Below are positions 8,782 to 18,581 of a DNA stretch of 64,000 nucleotides, one piece after another (the stretch's first letter is position 1; each line of letters begins with the position of its first letter). The stretch is from an uncultured Staphylococcaceae bacterium. GTDB taxonomy: Bacteria; Bacillota_I; Bacilli_A; RFN20; CAG-826. A model generated the notes under the pieces. The model made no database searches. It was not told where the DNA came from and saw nothing but the letters and a program-made list of their open reading frames with translations. The translations under genes were made by a program, and so were the position numbers. The stretch is from positions 67,910-131,909 of the forward strand of contig CAZCCJ010000001.1 of NCBI GenBank assembly GCA_964497235.1, written 5' to 3'.

Positions 8782-10350
8782 TTAGCTCCTTTTCTTTGGC
8801 GTGTAGACGAATTTGTTCTTGACCTGCAGTTTCTCATAATATCCCTCTACGACCAATTTATCCATAGAAGTTCTTGCGGTTTCGTAGACGCAATGGGCGT
8901 GGGTTTTGAATTGCTGGATGCTATAGAATCGGCCTGGCGTGCAGTGCGTCGATAGGAATGAGGCCTGTTTTTTGCTGATGTTCGGATTCGTTTCGAGGAG
9001 GTAGCGCATATATTCCTTCGCTTCCTTCTCAGTCAGTATATCGGGCTCAAAAGACAGTGTTTTCGAGACTAGGGAGCTCGCTTTCATTTCCTCTTCGGTG
9101 ATGCTTGCCGTCGGTTTAACGGTCGTTTTGCTTTCCTTTTCGGGCGCCGGCGCTAGAGGAGTCGCATCTTCTATTATCGGGTTTTGCTCTTCTTTCTCCG
9201 TCTTCGTTTCTTCGACTTCTTCATTTGTCTCTTTTTCCTTTGCTTCGCCGAACAGCGAATCAAGCGTCAATTGCTCGTTTTTCGGCGGCTCAGGCTGGGA
9301 GAGGGCCTTCCTTTCGGCGAGGGCCTTTTCTTCTTCCGACAATTGATCGTATTCCGGCGAATAGACGGATATTTTCGCATCGTTTACGGCTTTGTCGACG
9401 TTTTCGAGGACCTTATCGGTTTTGGGAAGAAGGTAATCGACGAAATAAGTCAAATCGCCGCTACTACGAACGTTTTTGATCGCCTCCTGATAACCTCTCG
9501 AATTATTCAAAAGCAACTCGTCGAATGGCAGATAGAAGACTTCTTTTCCATATATTGACGCAAGGTATTCCTTGGCCATGACGAGGGCAGTCAGTTTGTT
9601 ATGATTTGCGAATGGGGCGATGTATGGGATATAGAAAAGAGCGATCGCGAAGATGGCGAATGGCGGCAAATCGTTATCGCCCATGAACGCGAGGAAAGGA
9701 TCCATGAATTCGCTTATGTGGCCATCGGGCGCTTTTTCGTAATCGTAATTGGAATTGTAGTAGAAATTCTGTGGCTTTCCGAAAAAGCTGTCGGATTCGC
9801 GGTAGAAGGAAGTGAGTTCCTCCTGCCCGGTTAATTTCATATAGGCTTCGGCGAGGAAATCCTCGTTCGCGTCCATTGGCGCTTTTTCACTATAGACGTC
9901 GAGCGTCGAAAGATAATTCAGCACGCCTTGATGGCTTTCTTTATTTTCGCCATAGGTGCCGTTGAGCAAAGCCTTTAACGACATGTCGCTGATATCGCTT
10001 TTCTCGAATGCGGCGGCGGTTTTTAGCATTGGGAAAAACAATATTTTCCTAGCTTCTTTGCGTTCTTTCTCGCTTAGCCTTTTGTTGAAAGCAGCCACCG
10101 TTTTGCCGATCTTTTCGGAAGCGTTTTCCCATTTGCCTTTCAAGACCGGCGTCACGGTCAAGGTAAGCGGGCTGCCGTTGATTCTGCGGAATCCCATGCT
10201 TTTGCGATGCTCTTCGCGATAGGAAAGAGTTTCTTTCCAAAAGACTTCCGACGTTCCAAAGCCGAGCATTTTCGAGACGCCGTTTTGGTCGAGGTAATCG
10301 ACGTCGGTGCTCGTGATTGCGAAATTTGAATATCTGTTTTCTTTTTCCAT
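8782..10350 (-). CDS. Fic-fold protein with a degenerate catalytic motif, an acidic linker and a C-terminal wHTH-like domain
   Basis: The region PPFAIFAIALFYIPYIAPFANHNKLTALVMAKEYL...GDLTYFVDYLL aligns to the Fic core. The motif HxFx(D/E)GNGRxxR reads APFANHNKLTAL, so only P, F and N are retained. A roughly 100-aa E/K/T/P-rich linker follows, then a C-terminal wHTH-like segment. Confidence 0.6.
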   Translation of the reverse strand: MEKENRYSNFAITSTDVDYLDQNGVSKMLGFGTSEVFWKETLSYREEHRKSMGFRRINGSPLTLTVTPVLKGKWENASEKIGKTVAAFNKRLSEKERKEARKILFFPMLKTAAAFEKSDISDMSLKALLNGTYGENKESHQGVLNYLSTLDVYSEKAPMDANEDFLAEAYMKLTGQEELTSFYRESDSFFGKPQNFYYNSNYDYEKAPDGHISEFMDPFLAFMGDNDLPPFAIFAIALFYIPYIAPFANHNKLTALVMAKEYLASIYGKEVFYLPFDELLLNNSRGYQEAIKNVRSSGDLTYFVDYLLPKTDKVLENVDKAVNDAKISVYSPEYDQLSEEEKALAERKALSQPEPPKNEQLTLDSLFGEAKEKETNEEVEETKTEKEEQNPIIEDATPLAPAPEKESKTTVKPTASITEEEMKASSLVSKTLSFEPDILTEKEAKEYMRYLLETNPNISKKQASFLSTHCTPGRFYSIQQFKTHAHCVYETARTSMDKLVVEGYYEKLQVKNKFVYTPKKRS

Positions 10351-10469
10351 GCTTACATCATAAAGCCAATGCGAATAAAAATAAATAAAATACTAATTTT
10401 TGACTATAAAAATGCCATTATATTCTGTTTTGCTCGTTTAAATGCCAGCGTTTGTCGAGAAAAAACTAT

Positions 10470-12287
10470 TTATTTGCTTTTATCGTCGTCTAGCGACAAA
10501 ACAGCCATGAATGCCTCTTGCGGGACTTCGACTGAGCCAATCGCCTTCATGCGTTTCTTGCCTTCTTTTTGTTTTTCCAAGAGCTTTTTCTTACGTGAGA
10601 TATCGCCGCCATAGCACTTAGCCAAAACGTCTTTGCGCATGCTCTTGATGTCGGCGCGGGCCACCACTTTTCCGTTTATCGCCGCCTGGACTGGCACTTC
10701 GAACTGCTGCTTCGGTATTATTTCCTTCAATTTCGAAACGATCGCGATGCCGCGTTGATAGGCGAATGGGCGATAGACGATCGACGATAAAGCGTCGATT
10801 ATCTCGCCATTGAGCAATATGTCCATCTTCGCCAAATCGCTCTTGCGATAGTCGTCTATCTCATAGTCAAGCGAAGCGTATCCTTTGGTCGCGCTTTTGA
10901 GGCGATCGAAGAAATTGAAGACGATCTCGCTTAGAGGAAGATGGTATTTGACGACTTGCCTCGTGTCGTCGAAATAGATCAAATCGTCGTAGATGCCTCG
11001 CCTTTCCTGGCATAATTCCATAACTGAGCCGACATATTCCTTTGGGGTCATGATGGAAGCGGCGACATACGGCTCTTCGATGGCTTTTATCTTCGTTGGC
11101 TCGGGAAGATCGCTAGGATTGTCGACCATCATCTCGCTTCCGTCGGTCAAGATTATGCGGTAACGGACGCTCGGGGCCGTCAATATCAAATCGAGATCGT
11201 ATTCCCTTTCGAGCCTTTCTTGTATGACGTCCATATGGAGCAAGCCGAGGAAGCCGCAACGGAAGCCGAATCCGAGCGCTTTCGAGCTTTCGGGCTCGTA
11301 AGTCAAAGAGGCGTCGTTTAGCGAGAGCTTATCGAGCGCGTCCTTCAAATCTTCGTATTTACGGCTGTCGACCGGGTACAAACCGCAGAAAACCATGGGG
11401 TTTATCTTGCGATATCCGGGCAATGCCGTATCGCATTCGTTGCCATAGGAAGTGATGGTTTCGCCCGGGAATACGTCTTTGATGTCTTTGATCGTTGCCG
11501 TCAAGTACCCGACCTCGCCAGCCGATAGCTCCTTCACCGGTATTTCTTTGGGCGTCCTTATCCCGAGTTCCGTCACGACGTAGGTTTTGTTCGTCGCCAT
11601 AAGAAGGATCTTATCGCCGACCTTCACCGATCCGTCCTTGATCCTTATCAAAACGACGACCCCTCTATAGGAATCGTAATAGGAGTCGAATATCAAGGCT
11701 TTCAAAGGCTTTGATGGATCTCCGCTTGGAGAAGGGACCAAATCGACGACCCTTTCGAGCATTTCGTTTACGCCGACGCCGGTTTTGGCGCTTACTAGCG
11801 AAACGTCCTCGACGCCGATTCCGATTCTTTCCTTGATTTCCTCTTCGGCGCGCTTAATGTCGGCGCTTGGAAGATCGATTTTATTGATGACTGGCAAAAT
11901 CATGAGATCGTTATCCAAGGCCAAATAGACGTTCGCCAACGTCTGGGCTTCCACTCCCTGCGTGGCGTCGACGACAAGCAACGCGCCTTCGCACGCCGCT
12001 AGGCTTCTCGACACTTCATAGCTGAAATCGACGTGCCCCGGGGTGTCGATGAGGTTAAAGATATAGGATTCGCCGTTTTTCGCTTTGTAAGTCACGGTCA
12101 CGGCGTTTAGCTTGATGGTGATGCCTCTTTCCCTCTCTAGCGCCATGTCGTCAAGCATTTGGGCTTGGAGGTTCCTTTTTTCGACGGCTCCGGTATTCTC
12201 CAGTATGCGGTCGCAAAGAGTGCTTTTGCCGTGGTCTATATGGGCGATGACGCTGAAGTTTCTGATGTTTTTCTGTTCGAATGGCAT
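10470..12287 (-). CDS. lepA: Elongation factor 4 (LepA)
   Basis: Translational GTPase motifs are present ([18 protein letters not shown]) along with the LepA-specific C-terminus ([22 protein letters not shown]). Confidence 0.97.
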   Translation of the reverse strand: MPFEQKNIRNFSVIAHIDHGKSTLCDRILENTGAVEKRNLQAQMLDDMALERERGITIKLNAVTVTYKAKNGESYIFNLIDTPGHVDFSYEVSRSLAACEGALLVVDATQGVEAQTLANVYLALDNDLMILPVINKIDLPSADIKRAEEEIKERIGIGVEDVSLVSAKTGVGVNEMLERVVDLVPSPSGDPSKPLKALIFDSYYDSYRGVVVLIRIKDGSVKVGDKILLMATNKTYVVTELGIRTPKEIPVKELSAGEVGYLTATIKDIKDVFPGETITSYGNECDTALPGYRKINPMVFCGLYPVDSRKYEDLKDALDKLSLNDASLTYEPESSKALGFGFRCGFLGLLHMDVIQERLEREYDLDLILTAPSVRYRIILTDGSEMMVDNPSDLPEPTKIKAIEEPYVAASIMTPKEYVGSVMELCQERRGIYDDLIYFDDTRQVVKYHLPLSEIVFNFFDRLKSATKGYASLDYEIDDYRKSDLAKMDILLNGEIIDALSSIVYRPFAYQRGIAIVSKLKEIIPKQQFEVPVQAAINGKVVARADIKSMRKDVLAKCYGGDISRKKKLLEKQKEGKKRMKAIGSVEVPQEAFMAVLSLDDDKSK

Positions 12288-12304
12288 AGCGCGGTGATTA
12301 TATC

Positions 12305-14701
12305 TTATTTTTCCCGTTCTTTATAGAACGCTTTAACCTTTTCTTTTATTTCGGACGGTTTTCTCACGATTTCATAATTGCTCCAGCGTTTTAAGAAGAC
12401 GTCTTTGTATTCGTGATACAAATATCTGTCGTCGATCAAAAGGGCGATTCCGACGTCTTTTTCCGAGCGGATAAGACGACCTACCGCCTGCATGACTTTG
12501 TTGATTCCTGGATTTCTATAAGCGTAGTCGAAGCCGGCGGAAAGCTTCTCGTCGTAATGCTTTTTGAGCTCTTCCGTGTCGAAGGCGATTTGTGGTAGGC
12601 CTAGCCCCACTATAGCCACGCCGATAAGCCTATCGGATGGCAAGTCGACTCCCTCCCCAAAGCTTCCGCCGATGACTAATAATGCGACGTTGGATTCGTT
12701 TGGATTGGGGGTGAAATGCCCCAAAAGCTCCTCCTTCTCATCCGGATCCATCGACTCTTTCTGCATATAAACGTTCGTTTCTTCTCCAAAGTTCAATAAC
12801 GGCGAAATATTTCTCAAATATGCGAAACTTGGGAAATAAATGAAATAATTGCCCTTTTTCGAGGAAACGAAGGAAACGAGGTAATCGGCGACTTCGCCAT
12901 AGGTCTTTTCCCTGTCTTTGTAACGGGTACTCACATTCGAAGCCAATAAGATTTTGAAGTTCTCCCTAGGAAAAGGCGAAGGAAGCAATAGATAAGGACG
13001 ATCTTTCTCGCCCAATATCCCTTCCATGAAATAATCGACTGGAGAGAGGGTGCCGCTAAGGAAAATGGCGCCTTTCACCTTCGAAAACGATTCTTTTAAC
13101 ATCGAGGAAGGATCAAGGCAAAGGACTCCGATCGATGTGGCGTTTCCCTTTTTTGAGACATATGGCAAAAGCTCATATCCCCCATCGATCAATTCGCTTA
13201 GGCGATAGCATTTTCTGGACAATTCGTTCACTTCTTCAGGTAGTCTAGGGAGTTTTTCGTCGTTTTGAACGTTCCTTTTCGTTTCCATGAAGCGTTCTAT
13301 GCGCTTTAGGAATTCTTCTGGAAAAGACGGCAACGCCTTGCTTTCGTCGTTTGTTTCCATGGCCAACGCATCTAGTTCCTTCGATAGCCTGGTGATTCGC
13401 GTTTTGATGGTTGTGTTCGGATATTTTCGAAGCGCCGCTTTGGCGACGGCAAGGTCGCTAGAGGAGATGCTTTCGCTATAGCTTTTCCGGCCTCTCTCGA
13501 TGATGTTATGGGCTTCGTCGGCTATGACGAAGAAAGAAGAAGGATCGGCTTCGTCTCCGAAGTAGCGTTCAAGCTTGACGAAAGGGTCGATGAAGTAGTT
13601 ATAGTCGGCGATTATGACGTCGCTATCGAGAGATAAGTCGAGCTGGAATTCGAAAGGGCAGATTTTGAATTCGAGAGCCAATTCCTTTATTTCGGCGCTT
13701 CCGAAATGGGTGTAGCGTTTATGTGCCTCTTCTCTCGCCGATGGATATATTTCGTAATAGGATTTGGCGAATGGGCAATCGGAAGGGTTGCATTCCGAGC
13801 CCTTCGATAAGCAGATTGCCTCTTTCGAAGAGAGAGTCGAACTATAAAGACGCGCTCCATTTTCGGTAAGAATATCTATAGCTTTTTCCGCACTTTGTTT
13901 ACCGCTATTCTTAGCCGTTAAAAAGAATATTCTATCTATTTTAGTTTCTGAGAACGCTTTTATGGACGGATATAAAGAGGACATGGTTTTTCCAATTCCT
14001 GTCGGCGCTTCGAAAAAGAAGAACCCGCCCTTTTTGGCGGTATGGTAAATATATTTCGCCATTTCCCTTTGACCCTTTCGAAAGCTTTCGAAGGGGAAGG
14101 CAAGTCGCTTGACACTTTGATTTCTATCTTCGAAATGCGCATATATGGCTTCTAGCCTCCAAAGGAATTGATCGATGAGTCCTTCCACCCTCTCTCTCAA
14201 TTCGTCGATTCCGAAGGTCCAATCGCGGACTTTTTTCTTATTGTCCTTTTGCGAGATATAAGTGAGCCGCACCCCCGCTTTCTCGCCGCCATTCTCTAGT
14301 AGATACATGAGGGCGTAGCAACAAGCTTGCCCCAAATGCCATTCTTTTTGCTCCTCGTAAAAAGCGTCGAGATCCATCACCGTGCTTTTGATTTCGTCTA
14401 TTATCGGGCGTTTCCCCGTCAATATGATGCCGTCCGCCCGCCCTTCGAGGGTCACGATGGCGTTTTCTCTTTCGAAAGAATGGCGCAAAAACATCTCGGA
14501 TATATAGGAATTCCCCTGCGCTTCTTGATATGAGGCGTGAATTTTACTCCCTAGTTGCATCGTGTCTTTGTTATAGACGCGGTTATCGATGTCGCCCCTT
14601 CTTAAAAGAGTGTCGACGAGCATATGGACGCTTAAAGTGATGTGCCTTTTCGCTTTGGGCATATTAACGGAGCTTGCTTCCCTCTTCGATATGGTGTCCA
14701 T
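12305..14701 (-). CDS. Fusion of a RecB-type PD-(D/E)XK nuclease domain and a DinG/XPD-family Fe-S SF2 helicase
   Basis: The N-terminal 190 aa carry GRADGI (motif II), DEIKS (motif III) and QACCYALMY (QxxxY). The helicase part has Walker A (APTGIGKT), four Cys between Walker A and B (C-x7-C-x4-C ... C), DEAH (IADEAHN) and motif VI (QAVGRLIRS). An alternative start at the ATG at 14662 (MPKAKRH) would remove the 38-nt overlap with fmt. Confidence 0.8.
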   Translation of the reverse strand: MDTISKREASSVNMPKAKRHITLSVHMLVDTLLRRGDIDNRVYNKDTMQLGSKIHASYQEAQGNSYISEMFLRHSFERENAIVTLEGRADGIILTGKRPIIDEIKSTVMDLDAFYEEQKEWHLGQACCYALMYLLENGGEKAGVRLTYISQKDNKKKVRDWTFGIDELRERVEGLIDQFLWRLEAIYAHFEDRNQSVKRLAFPFESFRKGQREMAKYIYHTAKKGGFFFFEAPTGIGKTMSSLYPSIKAFSETKIDRIFFLTAKNSGKQSAEKAIDILTENGARLYSSTLSSKEAICLSKGSECNPSDCPFAKSYYEIYPSAREEAHKRYTHFGSAEIKELALEFKICPFEFQLDLSLDSDVIIADYNYFIDPFVKLERYFGDEADPSSFFVIADEAHNIIERGRKSYSESISSSDLAVAKAALRKYPNTTIKTRITRLSKELDALAMETNDESKALPSFPEEFLKRIERFMETKRNVQNDEKLPRLPEEVNELSRKCYRLSELIDGGYELLPYVSKKGNATSIGVLCLDPSSMLKESFSKVKGAIFLSGTLSPVDYFMEGILGEKDRPYLLLPSPFPRENFKILLASNVSTRYKDREKTYGEVADYLVSFVSSKKGNYFIYFPSFAYLRNISPLLNFGEETNVYMQKESMDPDEKEELLGHFTPNPNESNVALLVIGGSFGEGVDLPSDRLIGVAIVGLGLPQIAFDTEELKKHYDEKLSAGFDYAYRNPGINKVMQAVGRLIRSEKDVGIALLIDDRYLYHEYKDVFLKRWSNYEIVRKPSEIKEKVKAFYKEREK

Positions 14702-15608
14702 TTAGGAAACTTGGCGCATCCATCGGCTTTTTGCCCTCTGGTTGGATGTTGGTCAAGGACAAAACGCCGTCTTTGAGATTCAAATAGAGATGTTTTTTGT
14801 CGGCGAATATGGTCCCTGGCTCATCGCTAGGCTTTAGCAAGGTCATCTCGGAACGAAGGATCTTTATCTTTTTATCCTCAAAATATGCATATGCGCCAGG
14901 TTCTGCGCTTAAAGCGCGGATATAGTCGTGGGTTTCTTTTGCGCTTAACGAAAGAGGGAGTTTTTCGTCGTTTGGGAGTATTTTCGCGGCAAAAGTGATT
15001 TCGTTTGGATTTTGCGGCGTCTCTTTTAATTCCCCATTGGCCAGTCTCAAAAGATCGGCGACGATGAGTTTACCGGCGGCATCGGCCATTTTTTGGCATA
15101 TCGTGGTGTAGTTGTCGCTTGGGTCTATCGGGAAGGAAAGGCTATCGTAAACTCCTCCCGCATCCATTTCGGAGACCATTTTCATTAGGCAAACTCCGGT
15201 TTCCGTTTCCCCGTTCATAATCGCCCTTTGCATCGGCGCGGCGCCGCGGTATTTCGGCAAAAGCGAGCCGTGCAGGTTGAAAGCGCCGAGCGCACACGAG
15301 GACAAAACGTCGTCCGGAACGATTTGACCATAAGCCACGCAGACGATGATGTCATAATGGAGATTCTTCAAAAAGTCATGGTCTTTTCTGATTCTATGCG
15401 GTTGGAAAACCGGGATACCGTGCGATAAAGCCACTTCTTTCACTGGCGTGGGGACCAAGATTCTCTTTCTCCCCTGTTCCTTATCCTCTTGCGAGATAGC
15501 CGACACGACGTCGAAACCGGCGTCAACCATCGCTTTCAAGACGCTGGCCGCCAAAGATGGCGTTCCCATGAACAATATTTTCAAGTCGCTTGGTTTGTTG
15601 AAATGCAT
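14664..15608 (-). CDS. fmt: Methionyl-tRNA formyltransferase
   Basis: 314 aa. It has the formyltransferase N-domain (ILFMGTP, NLHGSLLPKYRGAAPMQRAI) and the Fmt C-terminal domain. Confidence 0.93.
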   Translation of the reverse strand: MHFNKPSDLKILFMGTPSLAASVLKAMVDAGFDVVSAISQEDKEQGRKRILVPTPVKEVALSHGIPVFQPHRIRKDHDFLKNLHYDIIVCVAYGQIVPDDVLSSCALGAFNLHGSLLPKYRGAAPMQRAIMNGETETGVCLMKMVSEMDAGGVYDSLSFPIDPSDNYTTICQKMADAAGKLIVADLLRLANGELKETPQNPNEITFAAKILPNDEKLPLSLSAKETHDYIRALSAEPGAYAYFEDKKIKILRSEMTLLKPSDEPGTIFADKKHLYLNLKDGVLSLTNIQPEGKKPMDAPSFLNGHHIEEGSKLR

Positions 15609-15706
15609 ATGTCATATATTAACCCAAACTCGCCCGAAAAGAGAGAGTGCCGTTTTTATCTTCCGCAAGTTATGGTAAACTTACCGCGTTTGAAAAGGAT
15701 TTTCCT

Positions 15707-17728
15707 ATGTATTCTGCAAGAGATTGTCAAAGGCTATTAGACGTTTCGCTGAGACTAGATGACACCGAAAAAACATTCAAAGACATTTATGACGATCTGA
15801 TTAAGCGCAATTTAACCAAAGTGGCGTCGATTTATTTCGACGAAGACGACCGCAAAAAAACGATAACCTATAAGGAACTATCGCTACGCGTCGATTACAT
15901 TTCGAGGCATCTGAATGGCGCTCTCGAAAAATACGAGAAAGGCTCGATAATCGCTTTGAAAGTCAAGAATTGCCCGAATTGGCCGATACTTTTTTGGTCG
16001 ATTCTCAAAAGCGGATACGAAGTGCTTTTAATCGATGCGCGCTTGCCTTTCGAAAATACCGAGAACCTCCTTTCCCAAGCCGGAGCCAAGGCCATCATCG
16101 CGTCTGAAGAGAATTCATACAAGGTTCCTTTGCTTAGGCTTAACGACATCATCGCCGCGCCGGAAAAAGCAATGGAAAGCGACTCCGTTTGGGGCAATAA
16201 GGCGCTCTTTTGCTCAAGCGGCACGACGGGCGAGGTCAAAATAATGGTGATGGATGGCGAAAACATGGTCGCCCAAATCCAGAGCGCACGCGTTTTGCCT
16301 CGCGACAACTTATTGATCATGCACCCTGGCAAGATTCGCATTTTGGCCATGATCCCTTTCCACCACATCTTCGGTTTCGTCGCCGTTTTCCTATGGTATT
16401 CCTACTTCGGTAAAGCCATCGTCTATCCAAATAGCATCTCTTCTAAAGATGTTCTTAGAGCCGTCCATAAGGCCAAAGTTACCCACTTATACAGCGTTCC
16501 GCTCTTTTGGGACGGCTTGGCGCAAAACGTCTCCCGCGCTTTTGGGATGAAAAAGGAAAGCAGACAAAGGATGCTTGAGGATATGATCGCCTATAACAAC
16601 GGCCGCATAACTTCCGCCGAAGCCGGCGTCGCCTCTTGGAAACCGGTTCAAAGGAAAGTTCGCGCGAAGGTGCTTGGGAATTCGATTGAATGGTGCATTT
16701 CCGGCGGCGGATATTTGCAAAAAAACACTTTGGGATTCATCAATGGCTTGGGATATAGGTTGGCCAATGGCTATGGTATGACGGAACTGGGCGTGGCGTC
16801 GGTCGAGACTTCCCACGATAACGAAGATCTGCTGAAAGGATCGATCGGCAAGCCCTTTGGCGGATATGAGTTCAAGATAATCCCAGCCGCCAACGACTCG
16901 CATGGCGATGGTGAGTTGCTAATCAAGAGCAAAACCACGCATAAGGAAGAGATAATCGGCGGGTTAAAGAGAAAGACGTCATTAGACGATGGCTATTTCC
17001 ATACCGGCGATATCGCACGTGTTGATGGCGATGGCCGCTACTACATCAAAGGCCGCATGAAAGACACCATCATATCGAGCAATGGCGAAAACGTTTATCC
17101 CGATGAAATCGAGAGTTATTTCCACGATTTGCCGCACGTTCTAGGCTTGGCCGTCATCGGCGTGCAAAACGAAGGGAAAGAAGACGTTTGCCTGATCCTC
17201 GATCTCGACAATTCGACGGATGAAGCGGTTTTGAAGGATATCAAAGGCAAGATAGATGCGATAAATTCCTCTTTGTCGAGCGAAAAGAAAGTCAACCGCG
17301 TTTTGGCTTATCGCGAATCCTTGCCGATGGCCAATAACATGAAGGTCAAACGCTTCGCTCTCAAGGAAGAGCTTAAGAATAGGCCTGAGAACTTCTATGA
17401 TTTGGACAAAAAAGAGAAAACGGTGATCTCATTCGATGGATTCGATGAAAAAGAGGTCAAAGAAACATTGGATGCCGTTCGTTCGATCTTCTCTAAGATC
17501 CTTTTGCTTCCGGAATTCAAAATCGGCGACAACGACATTTGGAATAAGACGCTCGGAGGAGATTCGATGTCTTACGTCTCAATGGTGAACGACATCGATG
17601 AGGCCTTCAATTTGACGATTCCCGATTCGCTATACGGAAAGTTAGGAAGCGTCGCGGATTTCGCATACGAAATACTTTGCCTTAGGCATCCGTCACCCGC
17701 TTCGGCCGAGACCAAAAAAGCCGGCTAA
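15707..17728 (+). CDS. Adenylate-forming enzyme (acyl/aryl-AMP ligase family) fused to a C-terminal carrier-protein (PCP/ACP) domain
   Basis: ANL-family motifs are present: SSGTTGEVK, GYGMTE, YFHTGDIARVDGDGRYYIKGRMKD and MKVKR. The C-terminal roughly 80 aa contain LGGDSMSYVSM, a GGDS phosphopantetheine Ser motif. The start is set at the ATG at 15707, which has an AAGGA upstream. The ORF-track start is 15647. Confidence 0.8.
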   Translation: MYSARDCQRLLDVSLRLDDTEKTFKDIYDDLIKRNLTKVASIYFDEDDRKKTITYKELSLRVDYISRHLNGALEKYEKGSIIALKVKNCPNWPILFWSILKSGYEVLLIDARLPFENTENLLSQAGAKAIIASEENSYKVPLLRLNDIIAAPEKAMESDSVWGNKALFCSSGTTGEVKIMVMDGENMVAQIQSARVLPRDNLLIMHPGKIRILAMIPFHHIFGFVAVFLWYSYFGKAIVYPNSISSKDVLRAVHKAKVTHLYSVPLFWDGLAQNVSRAFGMKKESRQRMLEDMIAYNNGRITSAEAGVASWKPVQRKVRAKVLGNSIEWCISGGGYLQKNTLGFINGLGYRLANGYGMTELGVASVETSHDNEDLLKGSIGKPFGGYEFKIIPAANDSHGDGELLIKSKTTHKEEIIGGLKRKTSLDDGYFHTGDIARVDGDGRYYIKGRMKDTIISSNGENVYPDEIESYFHDLPHVLGLAVIGVQNEGKEDVCLILDLDNSTDEAVLKDIKGKIDAINSSLSSEKKVNRVLAYRESLPMANNMKVKRFALKEELKNRPENFYDLDKKEKTVISFDGFDEKEVKETLDAVRSIFSKILLLPEFKIGDNDIWNKTLGGDSMSYVSMVNDIDEAFNLTIPDSLYGKLGSVADFAYEILCLRHPSPASAETKKAG

Positions 17729-17762
17729 GCCGTTCTTATAGGCAAAATCGAAGAAAAACATG

Positions 17763-17791
17763 TTGCGACAGCCTCGTTAAAAGGGTAAAAT
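17763..17791 (+). promoter_or_regulatory. Candidate sigma-A promoter of rpsT
   Basis: TTGCGA, a 17-nt spacer, then TAAAAT, ending about 35 nt upstream of the rpsT ATG. The same hexamer pair is seen upstream of typA. Confidence 0.5.
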
Positions 17792-17825
17792 CATGCTCGC
17801 ATAAATAGGAAAAGGATTACGAACT

Positions 17826-18086
17826 ATGGCCAACATCAAATCACAAGAAAAACGCATTGACATCTACGCCCGCAATAACGCCCGCAACAGCTCCCGCAAA
17901 TCCGAGACCAGAACCGCCGTTAAGAAAGTCGCCGTTTTGGTTAAGGAAGGAAAGAAAGAAGAAGCCGTTGCCGCTATGCGCCATGCCATCTCGCTTCTTG
18001 ACAAGCTTTCGCTAGACGGAATCATCAGCAAGAACGCCGCCAACCGCAAGAAAGCGCAGCTCGAATCGGCTGTCGCCAAGATGTAA
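17826..18086 (+). CDS. rpsT: 30S ribosomal protein S20
   Basis: 86 aa, starting MANIKSQEKRI...N...KS, a typical S20. Confidence 0.95.
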   Translation: MANIKSQEKRIDIYARNNARNSSRKSETRTAVKKVAVLVKEGKKEEAVAAMRHAISLLDKLSLDGIISKNAANRKKAQLESAVAKM

Positions 18087-18113
18087 GGGAAACAACGTCA
18101 CATTGCCTTTAAG

Positions 18114-18135
18114 CCCACGTCATCGTGGGTTTTTT
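18114..18135 (+). terminator. Rho-independent terminator of rpsT
   Basis: CCCACG-TCAT-CGTGGG followed by TTTTTT. Confidence 0.8.
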
Positions 18136-18580
18136 ATATGGTTTTGAAGGTTATCTTCTCGCCGCGCTCGCCGCATTCCATTATCAAATATGATCCGTAA
18201 AAGCCGTCGCGCGGTTTACTTAGCGAACCTGGGCAGAGATGGTGTATCCCTCCCCTTATTTCGTCTTCTCTTCTATGCGTATGGCCGTGAATGAAATATG
18301 AGAACCCTTTCTTCGCAATTTCCTCTGCCTCTTGTTCCGTCAATGGGATATGCCGCAAAAACATCGTTTTGCCCGACGGCAATGAGATACATCTCTCGAG
18401 CGGGTAATGATATAACGAGGAATCGCAGTTTCCTTTTATGGCGACGAACGGCGAGATTTCTTCCGGATATGCTTCAACGTCGCCTAGATGCAAGAAAACA
18501 TCGGCGTCGTATTCTCTTAGCGCAACTTGCTTAATCAGCGATAAATCGCCATGCGTGTCCGATATAAAGACTAATTTCAT
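18134..18580 (-). CDS. Metallophosphoesterase, MJ0936/YfcE-like family
   Basis: 148 aa, with the calcineurin-like phosphoesterase motifs ISDTHGD, GDVE, GNCD and HGHTH. Confidence 0.85.
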   Translation of the reverse strand: MKLVFISDTHGDLSLIKQVALREYDADVFLHLGDVEAYPEEISPFVAIKGNCDSSLYHYPLERCISLPSGKTMFLRHIPLTEQEAEEIAKKGFSYFIHGHTHRREDEIRGGIHHLCPGSLSKPRDGFYGSYLIMECGERGEKITFKTI

Positions 18581-18581
18581 G

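Noticed and set aside
10351-10469. A plus-strand TTGACT...TATATT promoter-like pair and the 81-aa ORF at 10369-10614.
   Set aside because: The hexamer spacing (13 nt) is wrong. The ORF is low-complexity and overlaps the lepA 3' end in antisense. The AT-rich region more likely serves the minus-strand Fic-like gene.
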